Shown in pieces: positions 38,352-45,072 of a stretch of 64,000 bases of DNA. Under the pieces are notes generated by a model. That model had not been told where the DNA came from. It saw only the letters and a program-made list of their open reading frames with translations, and searched no databases. Source of the DNA: a virus; IMG/VR virus record IMGVR_UViG_3300044645_002754, positions 6,803 to 70,802 of that record; one strand, 5' to 3'. Position numbers and translations under genes: made by a program. Every line of letters begins with the position of its first letter. Position 1 is the first letter of the stretch.

Positions 38352-38534
38352 ATGGCAAACACGATCAAGCTCAAGCGCTCCGCTGTGCAAAACAAAGTCC
38401 CCACCACCGGGGACCTCCAGCTCGGCGAGCTCGCCATCAACACCTACGACGGCCGGCTCTACGTCAAAAAAGACACCGGCGTCGCCTCCGTCGTCCAGAT
38501 CGGCTACGACCTAATCGACGACGGCACCTACTGA
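38352..38534 (+). CDS. 60-aa fibre adaptor-like protein
   Basis: IKLKRSAVQNKVP..L..GELAINTYDGRLY; C-terminal DDGTY; GAGG RBS. Confidence 0.75.
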   Translation: MANTIKLKRSAVQNKVPTTGDLQLGELAINTYDGRLYVKKDTGVASVVQIGYDLIDDGTY

Positions 38535-38674
38535 GCCCCAAACCCCGGCGGACCCGGGTCCCGCCCAGTCGTGAGCACCTTCACCGCCCTCGCATAGAAC
38601 GGGCTATCGGTCTTCCCTGCCTTCTCCAGGGCCTCCTTGACCTTCGCCCAGTTCTCCCGAGTGCGGTCGTCCAT
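38528..38674 (-). CDS. 48-aa hypothetical protein (not in the ORF track)
   Basis: TGATG-coupled to the endolysin; MDDRTRENWAKVKEALEKAGKTDSPFYARA... Confidence 0.65.
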   Translation of the reverse strand: MDDRTRENWAKVKEALEKAGKTDSPFYARAVKVLTTGRDPGPPGFGAQ

Positions 38675-39819
38675 CAGTAGATCCACTCCGCCGCGGGCCT
38701 AACCCCGGCCCCGGGCACAAAGCCCCCACCCCCGCGGGTGTCCAAATGGATGAACCCCCGAGGACGGCCGTCGCCCAGCCCTCCGGTCCAGCGCACCCGG
38801 ATCCACTGGTAGAAGCTCTCCAGGCTCCGGTCGACCGGATAGATGTCGAACGCCTCCCCCGTGGTGTGCTTCGAGCCCGGCACCCCGCCCACTTGGGAAT
38901 TGATCGGCTCCGGCCTGTAGAAGCTCGTCACCCCGAGGGGCCGCCCCCACGCCAAGCGCACCTTTTCAAACTCCGCAGCAGTCCGCAGCAACTTGCTGCG
39001 CACAGAAGCGCTCTGCCCCGGAACGCGGCGCCGATCCCACTGCAGCACCTCCCCCACCGTCAGGTGCGGGGTCACCAAGCAATCAAAGTCCCCCCAATCC
39101 ACCGAGGACGGCATGGCTTCGCCGCCCCGCTGCGCCTTGGACCAGTGCGACTCAAACAGGTACCAAGTACCCGCGCCCCCGGCCAACTCAACCTTGGCGT
39201 GCCCGTCGGCCGGCACCTCCGTGTATGCAGCAACTGCATAGTCCTTGCCCTTGACCACCGCCACCTTCTCCTTGTCCCCGAGCTCACTTGCCTGAACGGG
39301 CTTTTTCTTGAGCCAGGTGTCCTGCCGCGCCTCGATCTCGAACAGGATCGGCTTGGGCGCCGCCTTCACCACCTCCGGCTCCGCACCCGAGTTCGGGGCC
39401 TTCTCGTCCATCAGCCGGATCAGCTTCTCCGCGTAGGCCGGGTCCGTGGCGTAGCCCTGCTTCACGAGCTCCTTAGCCGCCGCCTCCCGCGTCGCCGCCC
39501 TGTTGACGCCCTCGTAGCCCTCCCAGTCCTTGTACCAGCGCGTCACGAGGTACTGGACACAGGCCCCGAGGTCGGGGAAGTCCATGAACTCGGCGTCGAC
39601 ATGCACCCGAGCTCCGTTGATGAACTCAGTCGTCGGCTTGACCGTGCCCTTGCCCTTGATGCCGAAGTAGTTGTTCCGCCCGCTGGTGTGCTCAAACCAG
39701 CCGCTCTCCAGCGCCGCCTGCGCAGCCACAAGCTCGGGGAACTTCGCCCCCGCTGCCTTGGCCGCCGCCAGGACCCCATCCCAGCTCGCGGGGTAGGCGG
39801 TCTTCTTGCTGCTGGCCAT
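38674..39819 (-). CDS. Endolysin: GH73 glucosaminidase plus M15 peptidase
   Basis: AQAALESGW..NNYFGIKG..GYATDPAY (GH73); VTSFYRP..N..VGG...SKH..GEAFD..FIHLD (M15). Confidence 0.9.
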   Translation of the reverse strand: MASSKKTAYPASWDGVLAAAKAAGAKFPELVAAQAALESGWFEHTSGRNNYFGIKGKGTVKPTTEFINGARVHVDAEFMDFPDLGACVQYLVTRWYKDWEGYEGVNRAATREAAAKELVKQGYATDPAYAEKLIRLMDEKAPNSGAEPEVVKAAPKPILFEIEARQDTWLKKKPVQASELGDKEKVAVVKGKDYAVAAYTEVPADGHAKVELAGGAGTWYLFESHWSKAQRGGEAMPSSVDWGDFDCLVTPHLTVGEVLQWDRRRVPGQSASVRSKLLRTAAEFEKVRLAWGRPLGVTSFYRPEPINSQVGGVPGSKHTTGEAFDIYPVDRSLESFYQWIRVRWTGGLGDGRPRGFIHLDTRGGGGFVPGAGVRPAAEWIY

Positions 39820-39843
39820 GCGCAACGTGCGTATGAACCAGGC

Positions 39844-39865
39844 TATCGGTCCACTATCGGTCCAC
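39844..39865 (+). repeat. Integrase arm-type sites, left pair
   Basis: TATCGGTCCAC twice in tandem. Confidence 0.75.
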
Positions 39866-39926
39866 TCTGTGATGCCAGATCATCAAGGTCTCAGCCACCG
39901 CAACGCTTTCTGGAGACCCCTTAACT

Positions 39927-39970
39927 CTTTGGGGTAGTGGGGGTCGTGGGTTCAAATCCCGCCGCTCCGA
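39927..39970 (+). other. attP core = 3' half of tRNA-Pro(GGG)
   Basis: CTTTGGGGTAGTGGGGGTCGTGGGTTCAAATCCCGCCGCTCCGA gives anticodon loop, T-arm and 3' acceptor strand; no 5' half; next to the integrase. Confidence 0.88.
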
Positions 39971-40001
39971 TTCAGTAAAACCGGCACTTTCCAGTCGCCA
40001 C

Positions 40002-40030
40002 GCCGCTTCTCCCCCGAGAGCGGCTTTTTT
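40002..40030 (+). terminator. Terminator downstream of the tRNA fragment
   Basis: GCCGCTTCTC-CCCC-GAGAGCGGC-TTTTTT. Confidence 0.75.
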
Positions 40031-40076
40031 ATTTGGTCGCTCCAGGGCCCAAATAGACCTAGCCTGACGGCGAAAA

Positions 40077-40096
40077 CGGTCCACCTTTCGGTCCAC
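40077..40096 (+). repeat. Integrase arm-type sites, right pair
   Basis: CGGTCCAC at 40077 and 40089. Confidence 0.75.
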
Positions 40097-40099
40097 CCG

Positions 40100-41158
40100 G
40101 TGCCCCTCGAAGCCGCCCTCGGGGAACTCAACGCCCGCCTCAAAGCCGGCGGCCACCGCTGCACCATCGAGCAGCGCAAAGCCTCGCTTGTGCTCCGGGC
40201 CACCCTGGTGGACCGCTCCGATCCGGCCCTCAAGCGCCGCCAACGGATCAGCCTCGGCCTGCCCGCCGTCCTCGCCGCCCTCGGTGAAGCGGAGGACAAG
40301 GCCCACCTCCTCTCCCGGCAACTGCGCACCGGCACCTTCTGCTGGGAAGCCTGGGACACCCCCGAAGGCCCCGCCGCCATCACCGTCGCGGAGTTCCGCA
40401 CGGCCGCCCAGCGACTCCACGCCAGCAAGTACCGCAAGGAACCCGAGCGCGGTGCCAGCGCCTGGTCCAAGAAATGGGCCCCCGCCCTGCGCAAGCTCCC
40501 GCCCTCGGGCGCCATCACCGAAGTCTCCCTGCTCCGGGTCATCCGCTCCATGCCCGCCGGCAGCGCCTCCCGCCGCGACCAGGGCAACCTCCTGACCCAA
40601 GTGGCCAAGTCCCTGGGCCTAGAGACCAGCGCCCTCCTCGAAGCCTGCCGCGGCTACGGCGTCGACAAGCTCACCGAGCGCGACATCCCCACCGACGAGG
40701 CCATCGAGGCCGCGTTCAAGCAAATCCGCCAGCCGCACTGGCGCTGGACCTTCGGGATGTGCGCTGCCTATGGCCTTCGTCCCCACGAGTGCGCTGAGCT
40801 CACCTGGCTCGAGGACGACTGGATCGAGGTCCACGACAAGACCAAAACAGGCGCCCGTCGTGTCACCCCGTGCCCGAGCGCCTGGATCAAGCTCTTCGAG
40901 CTACGGGACCTCCCGCGCCCCACGCAAAGCGCCCGCACCCTGACCAAGGTCTTCAACGACGCCCTGGACCGGGCCCAGGTGAGCATCAAGCCCTACAACC
41001 TCCGCCACGCCTACGCCCTGCGCCTGCTGTCCAAAGGCGTCTCCGCCGACCTCGGTGCCCGCCTGATGGGCCACAGCCTCCAGGTCCACCAGTCCACCTA
41101 CCAGCGCTGGATCGAGGGCGACCGCATCCAGAAGGCCATGCAGGGCATTTCGCTTTAG
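40100..41158 (+). CDS. int: Tyrosine integrase
   Basis: YGLRPHE, KTKTG.R, YNLRHAYA and LMGHS..VH..TY motifs. Confidence 0.92.
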   Translation: MPLEAALGELNARLKAGGHRCTIEQRKASLVLRATLVDRSDPALKRRQRISLGLPAVLAALGEAEDKAHLLSRQLRTGTFCWEAWDTPEGPAAITVAEFRTAAQRLHASKYRKEPERGASAWSKKWAPALRKLPPSGAITEVSLLRVIRSMPAGSASRRDQGNLLTQVAKSLGLETSALLEACRGYGVDKLTERDIPTDEAIEAAFKQIRQPHWRWTFGMCAAYGLRPHECAELTWLEDDWIEVHDKTKTGARRVTPCPSAWIKLFELRDLPRPTQSARTLTKVFNDALDRAQVSIKPYNLRHAYALRLLSKGVSADLGARLMGHSLQVHQSTYQRWIEGDRIQKAMQGISL

Positions 41159-41195
41159 GTTGGGCTAGCATCTATCCAGATCCGGTTAGACCTTC

Positions 41196-41471
41196 GTGGA
41201 CGAGATCCTCAACCGCCTCGATGCCCTTGAGCGGACCCTCGTGGCCCTAATCGAAAGCAAGCAGACCCCAGCCAGCAACGACTGGGTCGACTCCAAAGAG
41301 TTCTGCCGCCTGGTTGGGCTGCGCGACACCAAAGCCCTGGTGTACCAGATGTCCAAGGGCATCATCCACGGCCCCGCCATCAAGAACATCGGCACCGCCA
41401 AGCGCCCGCGTTACCGCTTCCATCGCGTCAAAGCCGTCAACCAGTTCCTGAATAGGACAGTCAGCGCCTAA
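41196..41471 (+). CDS. Putative excisionase / HTH DNA-binding protein
   Basis: WVDSKEFCRLVG...RYRF, small and basic, next to int. Confidence 0.6.
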   Translation: MDEILNRLDALERTLVALIESKQTPASNDWVDSKEFCRLVGLRDTKALVYQMSKGIIHGPAIKNIGTAKRPRYRFHRVKAVNQFLNRTVSA

Positions 41472-41679
41472 CGCTTTTCCAGTACCGATCCTCTGCCTTG
41501 GCCTCCCAGGCCCGGTGTTGAGCGAGCCGCGCCGAAGCCCGAGCCCGTTTCTTGCTCAGGTTCCAGTCACTGAAGAACTCCGCATCAGCAACAAGTCGCT
41601 GCAACAGCCCATTTGGCAGCTTGCGGACCACCTTCTCCAAGCGACGCAACAACACGGCTCTGACTTCGAGCTCGGTCAA
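41461..41679 (-). CDS. Hypothetical protein
   Basis: Basic 72-aa ORF downstream of polA. Confidence 0.5.
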   Translation of the reverse strand: MTELEVRAVLLRRLEKVVRKLPNGLLQRLVADAEFFSDWNLSKKRARASARLAQHRAWEAKAEDRYWKSVRR

Positions 41680-41933
41680 CCGCCCACCGAGAACAACAGC
41701 TCGACGTACCGCCGTCCATCAATCTCCATCCCACGCCCATCTCCGACCACGAGCCCATCGAAGTGGTCCTCGAGCCTGGTGGTCAGCACATCCATCACCG
41801 CCATAGCTTCGACGACCGCGTCAACGCTCGGCGCCGCATCGATTGCCTCGGCGATGTCCTCCATCAACACGCAGTAGAAGGAGCGATCCCGGGGCACAAA
41901 TTGTGGGGCCATGGATGTAGCGCCACTACCCAA
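41676..41933 (-). CDS. Hypothetical protein
   Basis: ORF downstream of polA; start uncertain. Confidence 0.5.
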   Translation of the reverse strand: MGSGATSMAPQFVPRDRSFYCVLMEDIAEAIDAAPSVDAVVEAMAVMDVLTTRLEDHFDGLVVGDGRGMEIDGRRYVELLFSVGG

Positions 41934-41948
41934 GGCTACGGATGACCG

Positions 41949-43898
41949 TTATTTGGCATCCGCCCAAGTCTTGCCAGAGGACACCTCAGCAACGATGGGC
42001 ACATGGGTGCAGACCTCTGACCCCGCCGACTCCATCGACTCCTTTAGCACCGTTCCCCAGTGCTCAGCGCGATCCTCACGCACCTCGAGGACGATTTCAT
42101 CGTGGACCATGGCGATCAATTTGGCCTCACCAGCCGGCGCCTGAACAACGTGGCGCCACAGCTTGTCAATCGCGATCTTGGCGATGTCACCTGCGGTGCC
42201 CTGCACCTGCGTGTTGATCCGCGTCGTGTACTTGTCGTTGAAGCCAACCAACATCCGCCGGCGCCCAATCGCGGTGTTCACCGCCTTCGTGGTCTTGGTG
42301 CCTTCGCTCTGCTGCCAGGCATAGAGCGTGGGGTACGCAGCTCTGAAGCCCTCGACGATCTGCCGCGCCTCGTCGAGTTCCATGTCGAGCCCGTACTGCG
42401 CGACTGCCTGCTTCTGCAACGTCGCCGGCCCCGCGCCATACAGCAACCCGAAATTGGCCACCTTCGCTGAGGTCCTGGCCTCCTTGGTGACGTCCTCGAG
42501 GGCGACACCGGTCATCAAAGCGGCGGTCTCGGTGTGCAGGTCACGCCCCGCCCTATACGCCTCTCGCATCTTCTCCTCCCCCGAGAGCTCAGCCGCCACT
42601 CGCAGCTCCACCTGGGAGAAGTCAGCCACAACGAGCACATAGCCGGCCTCGGCAACGAACTTGCTGCGAAAATCCTTGCCCCGATTGACCTGCTGAAGGT
42701 TGGGAGACGCTGCGCTGAGCCTCCCCGTCTCAGTCCCCATTTGCCTGTAATTGCAATGGATCCGGCCATCCGGCCCCACGGACTCCAGGAGCTTTTCAAT
42801 GTTCGAAACCTTGGTGACCGCTGTCTTCCAGTTCAGGTATTGATCGATCAGCTCATAGTCCTTGCGCAGGAACGCCAACAGGTTCTGATCCAGGCTCGGG
42901 GCGCCCTTCTCATCCGGGGGTAGCAGGATGCCCGCCTGCTCAAAGCGCTCGGCCATCTGCTTCGGCGAGCGCGGGTTGAAGCCCTTGTAGACCTTGGTTC
43001 CCAGCCGCTTCGAACCGGAATCCTTCTCCCTGGTGTTGACGCTGCCATCAGGATCACGCGGCAGCCACGAGTGCGGATCATCCGGCAGGTTCGCCCGGAT
43101 CTCCTTGTCGAGGTGCTCCAGAAACAGGGTTTTCAGAGCCTCAGCCTCCTGGGTCAGCGACAGCCGCAGGTCCTCTGCCCCAGGCTTGTCGAAGCCAAAC
43201 CCGTGCCACTGCATCGTTGCGATGGGCCGGAGCACCCGCATCTCCAGCAGAAACAGATCCCAGAGCGTGAAGTTCGCCCGAATCCGCTGACTCCTGAGGC
43301 TCTCCGCCAACTCATCCGCCAGGAACGGCAAGCAGATCACGTCACGCGCCGCGTACTCGACCATCTCGCTGGTGATCTCGCCGGACCAATCCGCCTTCTG
43401 CAGCTCCTTGGCCAAGGGCAGCTTGAGCACCCGGTCCACCAATGAGCCGAGGTCGTTCTTGGCCCCGGTCCCGTTATTGATGATCTTCGCGGCAATCATG
43501 GTGTCAAACAGCACACCACCGAGGACGATGTTCTCTCCTCGCAAGAAATTCAGATCAAACGCAGCGTTCTGCAAGACCTTTCGGTTAGGCCCTTCCAATA
43601 AATCTCTGAGCTCACGTAACCCAGGTGAATCCCACGGCACACTCCTCTCGCCCTCGGCGCGCCAACCGTCGAGGTCAACAATCAGTGCAAAATCTTTAGT
43701 CCCAACCTGAATTAGCCGCACCTGATTCGTCAGCGGATCAAGGCCGGTCGTTTCCGTGTCAACGCCAAGAAACCCGTCTACAGCTGCGATCTCAGCGATA
43801 CGACGTTGTAATAGGCCCACCTGATGGGGACCCTGAACAAAGTCGAAATCCAGACGTGTCAGGGCATCAACCCTTTCCTGTGTTTTTAGGGATGGCAT
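41949..43898 (-). CDS. polA: Family A DNA polymerase with 3'-5' exonuclease
   Basis: VDTETTGL, NAAFDL, YAARD, ETGRLS..PNLQQ, ADFSQVELR, KVANFGLLYG and VHDEI motifs. Confidence 0.96.
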   Translation of the reverse strand: MPSLKTQERVDALTRLDFDFVQGPHQVGLLQRRIAEIAAVDGFLGVDTETTGLDPLTNQVRLIQVGTKDFALIVDLDGWRAEGERSVPWDSPGLRELRDLLEGPNRKVLQNAAFDLNFLRGENIVLGGVLFDTMIAAKIINNGTGAKNDLGSLVDRVLKLPLAKELQKADWSGEITSEMVEYAARDVICLPFLADELAESLRSQRIRANFTLWDLFLLEMRVLRPIATMQWHGFGFDKPGAEDLRLSLTQEAEALKTLFLEHLDKEIRANLPDDPHSWLPRDPDGSVNTREKDSGSKRLGTKVYKGFNPRSPKQMAERFEQAGILLPPDEKGAPSLDQNLLAFLRKDYELIDQYLNWKTAVTKVSNIEKLLESVGPDGRIHCNYRQMGTETGRLSAASPNLQQVNRGKDFRSKFVAEAGYVLVVADFSQVELRVAAELSGEEKMREAYRAGRDLHTETAALMTGVALEDVTKEARTSAKVANFGLLYGAGPATLQKQAVAQYGLDMELDEARQIVEGFRAAYPTLYAWQQSEGTKTTKAVNTAIGRRRMLVGFNDKYTTRINTQVQGTAGDIAKIAIDKLWRHVVQAPAGEAKLIAMVHDEIVLEVREDRAEHWGTVLKESMESAGSEVCTHVPIVAEVSSGKTWADAK

Positions 43899-43921
43899 TG
43901 TGGTGTAACGGCGTTTTGTGG

Positions 43922-44149
43922 ATGGACCACCTCTCGCTGAAGTTCGCGGAGCAATCCGCGCTGCGCATGGTGGACAGCTGCACCGACCTCGAGCAGCTCA
44001 AGCCGCTGACTCGCAGCTTGGTCAAAGGACATTTCGAAGCCAAAGCCCTGATCTGCCTGCTGCTGGAGCAACAGATCGAAGCCCTCGGCCGAGATCGGTG
44101 TGAAGGGTGCCCATCCGTTTTCGGAACTGATCAGGCGCCAGCAAGCTGA
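43922..44149 (+). CDS. Small hypothetical protein
   Basis: ATG 43922; plausible codon usage. Confidence 0.5.
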   Translation: MDHLSLKFAEQSALRMVDSCTDLEQLKPLTRSLVKGHFEAKALICLLLEQQIEALGRDRCEGCPSVFGTDQAPAS

Positions 44150-44895
44150 GCCTTGAAACGCTGGAGCGTCTCGACCAGCCAGGAACGGCGATAGCTCTTC
44201 ACTTGGCGAGGAGCACCATCAACAAACTGCTGGCGAGTCGGGGGCTCTTCACCAAAGTCCTCGCGGTAGGCGTTCGCCACCAGGATCCCGGCGGAGCGGT
44301 ACTTGGTCCGGGGCAGCACCTCTTGGAACACCTCCATCCAGGCATCGCTCAGGGTCAGCTCGTCTTCCCCAGCCAGCGCGGGCACTGAACCCGAGCTCGC
44401 GGACAGCACGTTGCTGCGCACGATGTCCTTGAACAGCAGCTCGTCGCGCTGATCCATCCCGCCGAGCTTCTCGAACAGAGCCACGCTCCGCTCCACGAGG
44501 GCGACAACTTCAGCAGCACCGAGCCTGGGCGTCGATGTTTTCTGAGGTTGAGCAGCACCCTGGAAGCCCTCAATGAACCAGCCGTCCATCCAGACCGCGA
44601 ACGGCGCCGAAATCCACCGGGCCAGATCCACGGCGACTTGGGGATGGACCCAGGTACCGCCGCCATGGCCCTGACGCGAAACGATCAGGTCAAACACCGG
44701 AATTTCCGTTGTTTGGGACAGGGCGTCCAAATACTGCTGGCACCGATCCGACTCCCGGTAGTCAGACCAGCGCTTCTCATTGGCCCGGCACATGGCCGTG
44801 GCGTTGACGAAGCCGTCGGTGGTCCGGCGGCTGATCGGGGTCCCGTTCCAGGAACGCGACACCAGCTTGTTGCTATCCATCGAGAAGAAAGACAT
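44131..44895 (-). CDS. KilA-N domain DNA-binding protein
   Basis: DGFVNATAMC and GGTWVHPQVAVDLARWIS motifs. Confidence 0.92.
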   Translation of the reverse strand: MSFFSMDSNKLVSRSWNGTPISRRTTDGFVNATAMCRANEKRWSDYRESDRCQQYLDALSQTTEIPVFDLIVSRQGHGGGTWVHPQVAVDLARWISAPFAVWMDGWFIEGFQGAAQPQKTSTPRLGAAEVVALVERSVALFEKLGGMDQRDELLFKDIVRSNVLSASSGSVPALAGEDELTLSDAWMEVFQEVLPRTKYRSAGILVANAYREDFGEEPPTRQQFVDGAPRQVKSYRRSWLVETLQRFKAQLAGA

Positions 44896-45072
44896 GTAGG
44901 TTGTGCGGAGCCCTGCTCCGGATGTGGTTGTCGGAGCGGCGCGGCCACCAGCGGTGAACGGTGGTGACGCAGGGGGAGGAGGTTGCACTCCTCCCTTTGC
45001 CGTATCTGGTCAGCCTAGCCCCGATTCAGGAACTGCAAGCAGTCATCCACACCAGGGCTAGGGGCATGAGGC

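Noticed and set aside
39900-39975. Intact tRNA-Pro gene
   Set aside because: No D-arm or 5' acceptor strand upstream; it is an attP core
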